Origin: Octopus bimaculoides
Taxonomy: Eukaryota
NCBI RefSeq assembly: GCF_001194135.2
Contig: NC_068981.1
Span: forward strand, 3,118,805 to 3,154,065
DNA: 35,261 nt
Reading direction: 5' to 3'
Positions 1 through 13,124 of this stretch are shown here, one piece after another. Each line of letters starts with the position of its first letter. Position 1 is the first letter of the stretch. The notes beneath the pieces were generated by a model that saw nothing but the letters and a program-made list of their open reading frames with translations, searched no databases and was not told the DNA's origin. The translations under genes were made by a program, and so were the position numbers.

Positions 1-305
1 AGAGAGTGTAGTGGGTGCTTTTACATGTCACCTGCACGAAGGCCAGTCAGGCGGTACTGGCAACGGCCACGCTCAAAATGGTGTATTTTATGTGCCACCC
101 GCACAAGAACCAGTCCAGGGGAACTGGCAACAATCTCGCTCGAAAGGCAACGATGACGGGCTTCTTTCAGTTTCCGTCTACCAAATTCACTCACAAGGCT
201 TTGGTCAGCCCGAGGCTATAGTAGAAGACACTTGCCCAAGGTGCCACGCAGTGGGACTGAACCCAGAACCATGTGGTTGGTAAGCAAGCTACTTACCACA
301 CAGCC
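1..305 (-). mobile_element. tRNA-headed SINE fused to RTE-type 3' UTR
   Basis: Head GGCTGTGTGGTAAG...GGTTCAGTCCC, central TTGGGCAAGTGTC domain, then the RTE-tail modules. Truncated by the window edge. Confidence 0.8.
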
Positions 306-360
306 GAATAAATAATTACAGAAAATCTAATACTAAGGAAGTGGATGTGGCAGGTCTTGA

Positions 361-610
361 ATCATCATCATCATCATTTAACGTCCGCTTTCCATGCCGG
401 CATGGATTGGACAGTTTGACTGAGGAGTGCTCAAAAGGTGTTTTTTATGTGCTACCTGCACAAGAGCCAGTCCGGCAGCATTGGCAACAACTACACTTGA
501 ATGTTGTGTTTCACGTGCCACTGGCATGGAAGCCAATATGTGGCCCTGACAATGATCACACTCGGATGTGCTTTTAATGTTCCAATCAGGCAGTACTGTC
601 ATCGGCCATG
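361..610 (-). repeat. RTE-type 3' tail copy
   Basis: (CAT)n + TTTAACGTCCGCTTTCCATGC..GCATGG, i.e. reverse complement of the shared tail. Confidence 0.7.
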
Positions 611-710
611 TCAGCGATTTTGATTATTTAAAAGCAAATGTTACTGCTAATAATAAAACTGCAGAAAAATATAGAAATCTCTTATGATGTTCAGTTAATT
701 CAGGGATTGT

Positions 711-1275
711 TAACCCTTTTGTTACTGAATTTTTATTGAATTAATTTTGAAAATAATGAAGAATTTAGTAAAATATCTTTGTCACTAATCTGGTGTTTGC
801 AGAAGGAAATTTTGATGGAAGGTTTTAATTTATATCACTTGAGCCATTTGCTACCATATTTCTGTTGAAATACACTGTTTCATTTTAATGAATTTTGAAA
901 AGAATGGAGAATTTAACAAACTTTATCATTATTAAACTGGTGTCTGGAATATAAATTAACATGAAATTTTAATGGAAAGTTTTTAACTTACAACACTTTC
1001 ACCATTTAACATTCAAACAGGCCATATCCGGCCCAAATATTTTATCTGATTTTATGTTCAAACTGGCCAGATCTGGCCTCTCACACCTACCCTACAAAGT
1101 CACTCTAAACATAAACAATCACATTATCAAAACCACAAAGCTGAGATGATCAATATGAAACAATGTGGATAAAAAAGCATTAAAGATGATGGATTAATCT
1201 GAATGTTAAATGGTTAAAACTGAAATTCTGTATCATGGAACCAGATGTTTCTGATGGGTTGGTAGTAAAAATTAA
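711..1275. mobile_element. Nested TTAA-type (piggyBac-like) MITEs
   Basis: Outer TTAACCCTTTTGTTAC element, homologous to 3377-3603. It contains an inner element with a perfect 15-bp TIR ACCATTTAACATTCA (1001-1015 / 1200-1214). Confidence 0.65.
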
Positions 1276-1623
1276 CAAAAAGTTTTAGCATCACATTTTT
1301 ATATTACTCCTGTGCCCTGGTCACATTGCTCTAATATTAAGCCTACAACATGCACAAAAGTATACTGTGGTTCGTAATAATTCCTATCTTACCCTTCCCA
1401 CAAATCATCTACGTGTGTCCTCAATATACAGTTGTAGCAACAGCTTGCATAGCCACCGGGAAACTGTGAACTGCTACGATATATAATTCAGATTATTTAC
1501 TGCTTTCAAGGCTCTGCAAAATATATCAATATATCATAGGGCTCATAAATCCTACTTAGGGCTTAATAATAACAATAATAATAATAGAGTCAAAATTAAA
1601 AGAAGAGTGCCATTGTCATCTAG

Positions 1624-1664
1624 TGAACGATATTTCGACATTTTGTGTGTCTTCAACAGGCTCA
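1624..1664 (-). ncRNA. Minimal type-I hammerhead ribozyme motif with core substitution
   Basis: Minus strand: stem I TGAGC/GTTCA, core CTGTTGA (A6 changed to T) +A, stem II GACA-cacaaaa-TGTC, GAAA, palindromic stem III ATAT, triplet ATC. Confidence 0.6.
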
Positions 1665-1694
1665 ATCCTTTATATATTAATAATAATAATAATA

Positions 1695-2120
1695 TTCTGC
1701 TTAATACCACAGATTTGCTTCTCAGTTGTTTGACCGTAACCAGTTGAGCATGTCCCTTGGTGGAGGAGCATCATAGCCATGTGTTGAGAGGAATTGGGGT
1801 GGGGGGTGGGGGGTGAATAACTTACCTTTGGAAACGTGGGTGTTTTGCTCAATATCCTTAAACAAACCTTATTCAGGGACCTTTTGAGCGGAATGGGCTA
1901 CTCGATCTGAAGAAAATTCTAACTGGGCCCCACCTGCAAGGTCATGCACTGTTTATCTTGATATGAGATCACCATGTCTCACATATATGGTTGTGATGCA
2001 CGTGCCTGGTGTACCCTTATCAGACGGGTAGTCATGGTGGGTATAATGGGCTTCGTATATTTTACCCCAGTGTCACTTTGATGGCATGCACTGCTCTCTC
2101 ACTCAATAATAATAATAATA
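1695..2120 (+). repeat. Interspersed repeat bounded by (AAT)n on both sides
   Basis: Complex ~410-bp body between (AAT)n runs at about 1678-1694 and 2105-2120. This is consistent with a retroelement 3' end targeting TAA repeats, as Dong/R4 elements do. Family not identified. Confidence 0.4.
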
Positions 2121-3376
2121 GTGGTTGTCGTTTTAACGTCCAATTTTCCATGCTTGTATGCCGCAGGTTAGACAGAATTTACTGAGGCAGCTCTTCAACA
2201 GCTGGCTGCCCTTCTTGTCACCAATCTTCACTTGTTTCAAAGCAACGTAATAGTTGCCTATGGCTGGACGTTTCTAGACCCCTAGAAACAAATGATACTG
2301 ACACTGCTTGTATGGCTGTGACGCTTGCTTACAACTATCTCACAATGGCAAGACATTTGTGTATGTGTATGTATGTGTATGTATGTGTGTGTGTATACAA
2401 CAACTTCTTTCAGTTTCTGTCTACCAAATTAGCAAATCCACTCACAAGGGTTTGGTCAGCCTGAGGCTATTGTAGAAGACACATGAGCCCAACACTGGAG
2501 ATAAGAAAGCACACACACACATATATAAACATATATACACACCAGGCTTCTTTCAGTTTCTCTCTAAATTGACTCGCAATACTTTGGTTAGCCTGGGGTT
2601 GTAGTACAGGACACTTGCCTAGGGTGCCACGCAGAGGAACTAAACCCAAAACCACATGGTTGGGAAGCCAAACTTTTTAACCACGCAACCCACCATCTAA
2701 GTTAAAACACAATTCATAGCAAAAATAATAGTGAGATCTCACATGTAACGAATTCAGTTGAAAAAAAAATATTGATTAAAATTCAGATTATCCATGCAGC
2801 TAGTAGGCAAAAACTTCCTCCAGAAGGTGTAATTTTCAGCATTGTACTGAAATGCAGAATCTATGGTGACAACAACTTAGAAGCTATCTAAGATATCTTT
2901 CCCAATTTTATCTTGGAAAATGGTCCCATCCCCAGCAACTTTATGGATATTACAAGTTGCAGTGCTTTCATAGCAGTCAAAATGAATATTTCTCTCATTG
3001 TGACATCTGATCTGACTTCTTTTAGAGATAAGTGTACTTCATTGAAGTACGAGAGAGGAATCCTTGTGACCATATTATATAGAATGTATCACTAATTGTC
3101 AATCTTTCTTTCTATAAATACAGCAAATAGTTATACATGTTTGTAATCCATATAAAGCTCTCGCAGGATCTTATAAGTAATAGTCATCTGAATTTTCACT
3201 CCTTCTTTCGTTATTTCAACTTTACATTTATACACCAAACTGGAATTTCAATGTAACAACTTATCATTTTAAAATGTGTTACCAACAGAGACAGTACACA
3301 ATTTAAAGGTTAATTTTTTGCTATTCTTGGACTTAGTTATATGTACATGTAAAAAGCTGTCCAGAGTTATCTTACT

Positions 3377-3603
3377 TTAAACCTTTTGTTACCAAATTTC
3401 TATTGAAATATACTTTTATATCAATTAATTTTTAAAATAATAAAGAATTTAGGGAAATCACATTGTCATTGTTAATCTGGTGTTTGGATCATAAATTAAC
3501 ATAAAATGTTTATGAAAGGTTTTAATTTGGACCACTTGAAAACAGTGAGTTTGTATCCTGGAACCAGGAGTGGTCTCGGTTGAGTTGGTGTCAAAAGGAT
3601 TAA
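3377..3603. mobile_element. TTAA-flanked piggyBac-like MITE
   Basis: TTAA at 3377-3380 and 3600-3603; TIR CCTTTTGTTACCAA vs TTGGTGTCAAAAGG (2 mismatches). Confidence 0.65.
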
Positions 3604-3959
3604 AAGTAAATCTGAAAACAATACCACATTGAAAAAATATGGATGTTGAGAATGCAATAATTTTTCAAAATGCCATTCACTTGCAACAAGTCACATGAAA
3701 ATAATAATACAAAATTAAAAACAAAACAAACAACTGGTTAAAATAAGAAAATGATTTTATTAGCAGTTAGTACATTTCAGATGAAACAATAACTTGAGAT
3801 TTGCCAATAAAATACAACATACATTGGCCTCTGAAATAACTCTTGTTTAATAACATACCCAGAAGTAATTGAAAAATATACATAATCAAGAGATAAATAT
3901 CAAATGAAAGAGCATGACCTGCTAGAAATAGCATCAACAATTCCCTTACACCATTTCCT

Positions 3960-4265
3960 ACATCATCCTTTAATGCATGTTTTCCATGCTGGCATGGGTT
4001 GGACGGTTTGACAGGGAGCTGGCCAGCTGGAAACTTGCACCAGGTTCCTGTCTGATTCAGCTTGGTTTCTATGGCTATCTGCCTTTCCTAACACCAACCA
4101 CTTTACAGAGTATGTTGGGTACTTCTCATGTGGCCTGGCATGGGTGCTTTTTACATAGCACCACACAGGGTTCTTGCAATGCAAAAGCCCCTTCAGCTGG
4201 AAGAGGGCATTAACAATTTTGCTGTGGTGGATGGGTCTTCTTGAGTACAGCAATGCACCAAGTAT
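3960..4265 (-). repeat. RTE-type 3' tail copy
   Basis: Same tail motifs (CCATGCTGGCATGGGTTGGACGG, CCTTTCCTAACACCAACC). Confidence 0.65.
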
Positions 4266-5296
4266 CTCAGCCCTATATCATCTCTTTTGAACAGACAAGG
4301 GGGTTAAACAAAGATGCCCAAGTCTGGACAATCCTATCTTTATAGGGGCATCTAAAAATACACTATCCAAGTTTTCTTCTTGTTTTTCAAACAGTGGGTT
4401 ATGACTTGAGGGCAGTTTGGCTACTTTGAAATTCTATGGCACTGTAATATTTTAGAAATAAAATCAACAGAGCATTAGAGAAAATTATGCTGAGTTCAAT
4501 TTTGTCTTTCCTGGGTTCTAGAATTCACAAAATAAGTATCATTCAAGTTCTAGTTGACTAAATCTAATCCCAAAATATGCAGCTTGATATCTATGGTAAA
4601 AAAAAAACTCTCATCATCTTCACTTAACATGTTTTCCATACTGGTATGGGATGAATGGTTTAACAGGAGCTGGTATGCTGGACGGCTGCACCAGGCTCCA
4701 ATTGTCTGCTTTGGCATAGTTTCTACGGCTAGGATGCCCTTCCTAACGCTAACTGCTTTACAGAGTGTACTGGGGGCTTTTTACATGAACAGCACAAGTG
4801 ATTTTTATGAAGCCCCAGTACAGGTGCCTTTTATGTGGTAAAATTTGACTTTGGTGGTATTTGAACTCAGAACGTGAGGTTGGGAGAAACGCTGCAAAGC
4901 ATTTTGGTCAGCTTGGAACTATAGTTGCCCAATGTGCTACGCAGAGGGACTGAACCTGGAACTATGTGGTTGGGAAGCAAGCTTTTTACCACACAGCCAC
5001 AGTGAGTTTCAAGCTGACAAATACCCCAACCTTGCCTTCCCAACTCTGTTAATAAGAACACAAAATAGAATTTGCTTCTATATAATTCTTCTTTCTCTGC
5101 CATGAATGTTTAGAAAACCATTTTTAATTTTACTAAGCATGGCAGTTTGCCCTCCATTCCTTACTCAGTCCTCACAGCGGCAGCAGCAGCAGCACCACCT
5201 ATGAGAGATAATGCATTAAACGGTTAAAAACAGTTATCTCCCTTTAAATGAACACCTAGTGAATTATATAATCATTGTTCTTTATGCAATTTACTG

Positions 5297-5645
5297 AATA
5301 ATAATGAATTTATTGTGTACAGTGCTCAGTTGCACTATAGCTCATCAGAAAAAGGAAATCAAAACTGCATGAACAGTTACATAGAATAATGTACAGAAAG
5401 CGAACAGTGAATGAATTGTTTAAAAAGGTGTATTGTTGGCGAATGGAAGTTTTGAAGGAAGTAGTATTTTGACAGCTAACAACTGATGCATTTAGTTTAT
5501 TCCATGCTTCAGCAATTCTGAGCTTGAAAAAATGTTTCTGAACTCCAAAGTCATGCCTTCAACTTTTTTTTTCAAATATCTACAAAGAATAAATGAAAGA
5601 TTTAGCTGAAATCACACATGTTCATCGCGTATTGGATGGTCCATT
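5297..5645 (-). mobile_element. CR1/L2-clade LINE 3' end
   Basis: Minus translation SNTR*...QKHFFKLRIAEAWNKLNASVVSCQNTTSFK resembles the CR1 ORF2 C-terminal motif (TRGH...FF..R....WN.LP..VV.....FK); ends in (ATT)n. Confidence 0.7.
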
Positions 5646-6005
5646 TCTATAAATTTTGTTATTAAAAATTAGTTTATGTAAAATTAGTTGGTGATGAAGT
5701 TTATTTCAAAATCATGATTTTGAAATAATCCAATACATTATGAGCATGTGTGATTTCAACTAAATCTTTCATTTATTCTTTGTACGTGTGATTACTTTCT
5801 GCATAAGCTTGCACAATAACAAAATGCATGTTTAATATAATTTCACATACACATGTGCATGCATGTATGTGCATGTATGCGCATGAATGCTTTCATGCAA
5901 TACACTTCATCAGATATTTTATATTCAGTGTTTAGTTAGATAAACATTCCACTGTTATATCCTGTTGCATTGTAACTGTATTATTCAAGTAGGAATAGGC
6001 TAGAC

Positions 6006-6646
6006 CAGTGCTTCTCGAACTATCTGATGTGGCATACCAGCAGTTTTTTTTTTTCCAATGTGCCAGGGACTGGTAATATTTCTTGGTAATATCAATTTAT
6101 GCCAGAAACAATATATATAATGAATATAATAAAAGTTGACAATTTTTTAAATTCTTTCTTTCTTTTACTTGTTTCAGTCATTTGACTGCGGCCATGCTGG
6201 AGCACTGCCTTTAGTCGAATCAAATCGACCTCAGGACTTATTCTTTGTAAGCCTAGTATTTATTCTATCGGTCTCTTTTGCCGAACCATTAAGTTATGGG
6301 CACCTAAACACACCAGCATTCGTTGTCAAGCGATGTTGGTGGGGACAAACACTGATACACAACATACATATATATATAAAATAATATATATACATATATA
6401 CGACAGGCTTCTTGCCCAAAGTGCCACGCTGTGAGACTGAACCCAGAACCATGTGGCTGGTTAGCAAGCTACTTACCACACAGCCACTCCTGCGCCTATA
6501 TCTTTTACTTATTTTGTAAACAAATAATACAATATTCAATAAGCATTTTATAATGTTTCTTTCTTTTCTGGAAACTCACCACATACCGGCAGCTGATGGC
6601 TCGCAGACCAGCACCGGTCCGCGGGCCACCATTCTGAGTAGCACTG
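6006..6646. mobile_element. hAT (Charlie-like) non-autonomous transposon with nested SINE
   Basis: Imperfect TIRs CAGTGCTTCTC / GAGTAGCACTG; perfect 8-bp TSD GGCTAGAC (5998-6005, 6647-6654). Confidence 0.85.
6161..6510 (-). mobile_element. tRNA-derived SINE (TGGCTGTGTGG head) with alternative 3' tail
   Basis: A-box-like TGGCTGTGTGG and B-box-like GGTTCAGTC on minus; TCTTTTACTT repeated at 6161-6170 and 6501-6510. The same tail recurs at about 18985-19140. Confidence 0.8.
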
Positions 6647-7380
6647 GGCTAGACTATTCCTACTTGAGTCTATAGCATTTGAACAATAACAAAAACCAGC
6701 TATTGGTATTTGGAATGTATTCAATATGCATGTGAATATAAAATGCATCCAAAATATCAATAAATGGTTTTTTGTTATTATTCAAGTACAATACTGGACT
6801 TCTAGTCCAGTTCCCAGAAATCCAAAATTTCCAGAAATATTGTGCAATATCCTATGATATACCATACCCTGTATTGATTAAAAAGAGCGTTTTTGAAGTT
6901 GGTTAATTAGCATACGGTGTGTTGAAAATACTATTGTTCTTATCCACATGAAAGAAGGTATATCATCTTACCTATGAGCCCCACCATGACTATAATCACT
7001 AGACTTTCTGCCTCTGGCCTTCTTATCATCATATCCTAAGAAATCAACAAAGAGTTTAACCAAAACATACAAATGAACACAGATACACATACACCTCAAC
7101 ATCAGTTTAAACATTCAGAGACCCACCCAACACCTCCATCTCCATCAGAGATCCCTACACATATTTCAACCCTACTTTCACCAAACTCATGCCACCTTAC
7201 AGCACCTCAAATGTTTTGGTGCTATAAGATATAACTCTTGATAAAAGTCTTGCTCACTTTGCCTCCGACAGCTTTATTTTGTCTTTTTTCACTTCATCCA
7301 CAAACTGGATGTGAGATTTTTCACTTCCAATAACAGGGTAGTTGCCATATATTTTTCCATACATGCTGTCCCTGAAGAGA

Positions 7381-8060
7381 CATCATCATCATCGTTTAAT
7401 GTCCGCTTTCCATGCTAGCATGGGTTGGACGATTTGACTGAGGACTGGTGAACCAGATGGCTGCACCAGGCTCCAATCTGATTTGGCAGAGTTTCTACAG
7501 CTGGATGCCCTTCCTAACGCCAACCACTCCGTGAGTGCAATGGGTGCTTTTAAGTGCCACCAGCACGAGTGCCAGTCAGGCAGTACTGGCAACGGCCACG
7601 CTCGAATGTTTTTTTCAGTGCTATATAATATCCAGTTACCATTATGAACTTGGTTGATAGGATTGACTGAAAGGGATCTATAATATTGTATATATAATAG
7701 TAGCATAATACTGATTCGATGTATATTATTTCATATATTCATCATCATCATCATAGTTTAACATCCGCTTTCCATACTGGCATGGGTTGGATGGATTGAC
7801 AGGAGCTGGCCAGCCAGGAAGCTATCCAGACTCTAATTTCTATTGTGGTATGGTTTCTACAGCTGGATACCCTTCCTAATGCCAACTACTCAACAGTGTG
7901 CTGGGTGCTTTTTATGTGCCACCAGCATAGGAGCATTTACACAGCACTGGCACAAGAGCATTTTATGTGGCACCGGCACCTGTAAAAGACAAGCCTGTAT
8001 GTATGGATCACTGATTTTCTTGGCTTGATGCATTTTCTCAAGTACAGCAAATCACCATTG
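7381..8060 (-). repeat. Two adjacent RTE-type 3' tail copies (7381-7605, 7738-8060)
   Basis: Both begin with (CAT)n and contain CTGGATGCCCTTCCTAA. Confidence 0.75.
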
Positions 8061-8569
8061 TTCCTGGTCCCTAGCCATTAATATTCCAGCATTAAACTTC
8101 TGGTAATGTGTCAATGAAACAATTGTAGAACTATGCAATAAAATAAATTGCTCACTCCATTACTCTTTGTTAATGTTTATGTAAACTTTAGGGACATTTA
8201 CAGATTTTCAGATATATCAACAGTGAAGTGATCCATTTTTGTTGGACAACAGTATCTGATAGTTGATAGCTATGGACAGGCTTTATGAAGTAAACTCTAA
8301 AGTCAAAACCCAAATGGAGTGCGTGTGTGTGTGTGTGTGTTTGGCATGTGTACATCGTCATCATTTAACATCCACTTTTCCATGCCAGCATGGGTCAGAC
8401 AGTCTGACAGGTTTCAGCAAGCTGCAAGGCTGTGTAGGGCTCCAATTGTCTGTTCTGGTTCAGTTTTTACAACTGGATGCCCTCCTAGTACTAACCACTT
8501 TACAGAGTGTACTGGGTGCTTTTATCATACCCAAGCATTAGTGAGGCTGCCATGTAAACTTTCAAGATA

Positions 8570-9270
8570 GAGAAAGAACAGGGGGAGGAAAAAAAACTGT
8601 TACTACTAAATGGGGTATATTTGAGAGGGGGAAGGTGGTTTTATGTTGGATGTTGAAAGGCTAAAGTAAGATAGGGAAATAAGCACTCGTGTCTTGTTAT
8701 TGAGGAAATATATGGCTACCCTTATTATATATAGAGATGGGTTGGAGTAGTTGAGATGGAGATAAATGGGGGTAGTGCTGGAGTACCAGTGTAAATTCTC
8801 TGAGTACAAGAAGGTGAGCATAAGAGAGGATATGGATAGTGGGGCATGGAGTGGGGGAGAGAGTGGACGTATTTAGTGAGCATGAGGGTGGAGGTAAATG
8901 TAGTGAGTAATGAAAAAGGGTGAAGGTGCAATCAAAGGAAATTCCATTATAGAGAGGTGTATGGTGGGAGATGCAGGAGTGGTTCAGGGAGGAGAACAAA
9001 TTAGAAAGTAGTGGGATGATGTGCAAGATGTCGGAGTGGTGGAGAGGAAGATATAGGGAGCTGTGATAAGTAGGGTGTGATGGTAGGAATGAGAGAGTGT
9101 TGAGAACAATAACAGATAAAAGAGGTGTTAAGGATGGGGTATAGCAGAGGAAAAGAGATCAGAGGCTGAGGGCACAGAAGAAGGTGATTGGTAGAAATAG
9201 GGAGGGCAGGAATGATAATGACAAAGGGAAGTGGTTCTGGGTAGGGGTTGGGGGGAGAAGGGATGGGTTT
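8570..9270. repeat. Purine-skewed degenerate segment, probably an old retroelement remnant
   Basis: Strong G/A skew on +, with similar skewed tracts at about 12600-12920 and 30050-30300. No recognisable protein motif. Confidence 0.3.
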
Positions 9271-10499
9271 ATTTCTTATGTAAACTTACCTCAAGACAAT
9301 ACTCACAGCATTGTGTTTAATTATCTTCAGCTCTATAATCCAGATATTTCTTGCTAGAAAAAGAAAGCAACAAAATATTGAGTTATACTGAAATTACACC
9401 ACTGAATCAAGTTGCAGGGGTGTTGTACTAGTTGCCTAGGCAACACCCTTTCTAGCCGAGCCAACACCACAAATATCAGGACCAAGGTTTATTTCCAGCA
9501 GTTTCACAACATTACTGTTTTATATGCACAGGGTCTGCTACAACAAAGTTAGAATACATAAAAATGGGTCCTTTTGTTATGAATTGCGATTCCCACCTAA
9601 TACAGAATTTCTTTCTAAACTTTTGGGCAACACCCCAAAAAAGGCCTGGAGGTGTTAAAAGGTGTTTTTTTTCCTCCTAACGATTGAGTATATTAGTACA
9701 AATGAAACTCTAATAAACACAAGCAATCGTATTACAGACGCTAATGCAGACATTGTTTACACTTAAGTAATATGTCTAGTGTTCAAATAGAAATAGTTAT
9801 TTATGCAGTTAAGCTGATGAAACATTTCTTTTCCAACTCAAATATTTGCTAAATATTATCTTATCATAATGCCTACCATTTTTCAGTAGAAACAAGTCCA
9901 GACTGGCAATCTACCAGCTGCAAAAATATTAATTTTCAGCAAGTGATTTCAAATCAATGTTTGGCAGCTGCACAGATTAAAATCTTCTAAGATATAGTGT
10001 TATAGTGTGCAATGTTTGATATAGGAAAGGCCAGTTATATCCATTCATTTAACAATTTGTATAAATTCACTCAGAAAGTATTCATATTTCAATATTTTAT
10101 GTGAAGAGATTTTCACAATTGTTCAAGTGAGTCGCACAGAAGTGTTGGTACTCCAAAATGGAGAGGATTACCAACAGTTCCATGTGACACACTTTAATAA
10201 TTGTGAAGATCTCTTCGTACAAAACCATTAGTTGCCTTGTTAACCCACAAAAATAGGGAATACTTATCCACCAATGCTGTGTTGAACATTCATTTTCACT
10301 GTTCAATATTAGTGTGTATGTATATATGTACACACACACAGATATATTAATGTTTGTTTTGATGTTAAGTTACATATAGAAAATAACCTAACACTGAATT
10401 GAAGGCCTACTCAATACTTTTGGTAGAGTACATGTTTATTAAACTTTTACAAGGAAAAGGTTGTCAGTGACTTTGAAGTTTCAGCTTGCTTGCCTTCAT

Positions 10500-10533
<34 letters not shown>

Positions 10534-12039
10534 CACGCATCTGTGTACCCTTGTCTTGGTATCGTGTGATGGTTATAAATGAGCATCACCATCATACAAG
10601 TGTTACTGTTCATTTCTAGTCTTGCATGAAAAAACATGTCTGACCAATGGGGAAAAAAACATGTTGCTTGGAAACAGATAAGGGTTGGCAACAGGAAAGG
10701 CATCTGGCTGAAGAAAATCTGCCTCAACAAATTCTTTCTGACCCTTGCAAACACAGAGAAGTGGACATTGATGATGATGATGGCAACTTTAAGCTGAACA
10801 GATTTCACTGTCAAAAACTAAACTTTTTTTAAAACTCACAAAAGATTTCTAGAGACTTATAGCAAAGCTTATTCTAATCTTAATGCTCCTTGGCAATAGG
10901 AAGGGCATCCAGCTACAGAAACGATACCGAAAAAGACATTGGAGTGCAGTACAGTTAATTAAAGCCAAACCACGACAGGCATCCATGTATAAAAACAACT
11001 GGATAGCATACAAGGTAACGAGAGTTGTAGTTTCTTGTAAAAGGGTAGATAGCGTTGCACTTACTTATTCCCTGTTGTTGTCAAAACGAAAGTGAGTGAG
11101 TGAGAAAGTAAGGGAGGGGGGGAATAGGACAACTGTATCGTTGGGGAATCCCATAGCTGTCCCTCTTTGACGTTTTGTCGAGAAGGTATTTTGAACTGGT
11201 CGGCCTGCTCTCTGTCTGTTGTCTCTCCAAATGATTGTATTTCTAACAATATACACAACAGCTATACGGATGTGCATACTGTAGAGAACAAGAGGTGGGT
11301 CAATGTAGGTCAACCATTAACGTCCGTGAACTCCCTATGATACTCACGGTTCACAGGTCAAGAGAGAAGTACGTTAATCACGGTTGCCTTATTGACAGAA
11401 CAATAGGTGGAATAGCAAGATAGAATTTTTTGATTCGGTTTCAAATTTCAGCCAGGAAGAGAAATTCAGTTTCTCCAAGGCTATGTGTTTGACTCCTGAA
11501 CTGTGCAACACTTTGTATCCTTGAGCAAAACATGTCACTTTATGTTACTCCACTCTATTCAATTGTAATTCAAGAGGACCAATCAACTGCTGGTACATTT
11601 CTAACATACTCAATATTCAATTGGTTCAAATGTGGGGAAGCTAAGAGGAGTGTCTATGTCGGCTCATGACTCCAAAGACACCTAAAACATGATAGTCTAC
11701 CAGGTCATACCTGCTTCAAAGTAACAGCTAAGCAAGCTTTTCACAAGGCAGTTTTTAAGTAATCTCAACATCCTACTGGAGTACTAAGTGTTGTGTTTTT
11801 TACCTGAAACTCGTGTGCCATCCAGCACTTGATATAACATCTAAAATTTCAACCAATATCAATTTCTTTTGTACATAAACTCAGTTGGCTTGTGACCATT
11901 TTACCATCTTAGGTGCAGGTGTGACTGTGTGGTAAGACGCTTGTTTCCCTCACTACTCTGTGGACGTGCTTTTCTTCGCTGATGGAGTCACGTCGTTGTA
12001 TACCAATGCTGTGAATTATTGAAAAAGTGAAGCACAACT

Positions 12040-12246
12040 ACACCTGACTGGCTCTTATGCTGGTGGCACGTAAAAGCACCCACTACACTCTTGAAGTGAT
12101 TGGCGTTAGAAAGGGCATCCAGCTGTAGAAACTTTGCCAGATCAAATTGGGGCCTCATGCAGCCTCTGGCTCACCAGTCCTCAGTCAAACCGTCCAACCC
12201 ATGCCAGCATGGAAAGCAGACGTTAAACGATGATGATGATGATGAT
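12040..12246 (+). repeat. RTE-type 3' tail copy
   Basis: GGCACGTAAAAGCACC...GAAGGGCATCCAGCTGTAGAAAC...(GAT)n. Confidence 0.75.
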
Positions 12247-13089
12247 AATTATTATCATCACTTCATATTTGCTTCCCAAGCTGGTATGGGTTGGATAGGT
12301 CACCACAGTCCAAGTCAGTTCTTATCTACAATTACTGCCCTTCCAGATGGGTCAAAGTACCACATCTTGCTTGCATATTTCACATTGGCTTGGAATCAAC
12401 AACTGGGTGCCCTTCCTAACACCAATCCTTTTATGGAGTATGCCAAGTGTCTGTTATCCTGGAAACGGCACTAGCGAGATCATTTCCTTAACTACACAAG
12501 TTTAAAAGGTCCTCTCAACAATTTTAAGGAGTTATTGATGTGAATTTTAGTGTGGTACCAGCTGTAGTGAAGTTGTCAAGTATCCCACAAGAGAAAAGCA
12601 TACAATACTGGTCAATACTCTTACTGTTTGTTCTGAAGAATGTGATTGCTAGAGTTGGTAGAATAGATAGAATTTACAGAAAATAAGCTGGGGTAAAGTA
12701 TTAAAAGATGCCCAAGTATAAAAGGGGCAAATAGTGGCTGGGATGACATTACGAAAGGAAAAGTAGAAAAAATTAGAGTGTTGCCGGCTTGCATACAAAA
12801 AGCATGGAATGATGGAATGTTTGCTGTGAGGAAAAGTACAAGTGATAGGTAGTCCTCATAGCAATGGTAAGAGAATGATGGCAGTGAAGGAGTGCATTGG
12901 ATGCTAACAGATCTGATGCAATTGTTTGTTATTGTTACTCTTACATGGGTGACACACTGCAGTGAACAGGGGTTGGCATATGAGAGGAGCAGTAGATAGA
13001 GACTGAGGAAGTATAAAATGAACAAACGCCCAGAAGTTTGCATCATCATGATATATATATATATCGTTTAATCGTTTAACGTCCGCTTT

Positions 13090-13124
<35 letters not shown>

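Noticed and set aside
1796-1813. G-run GGGGTGGGGGGTGGGGGG (G-quadruplex-capable)
   Set aside because: It is inside an interspersed repeat, with no evidence of function.
5310-5350. CTGATGA on minus
   Set aside because: No downstream GAAA or stems; it lies in the CR1-like 3' tail.
7366-7381. CTGAAGAGAC next to a repeat insertion, and CTGAGGA in RTE-tail copies
   Set aside because: No matching second half of a hammerhead core could be found.
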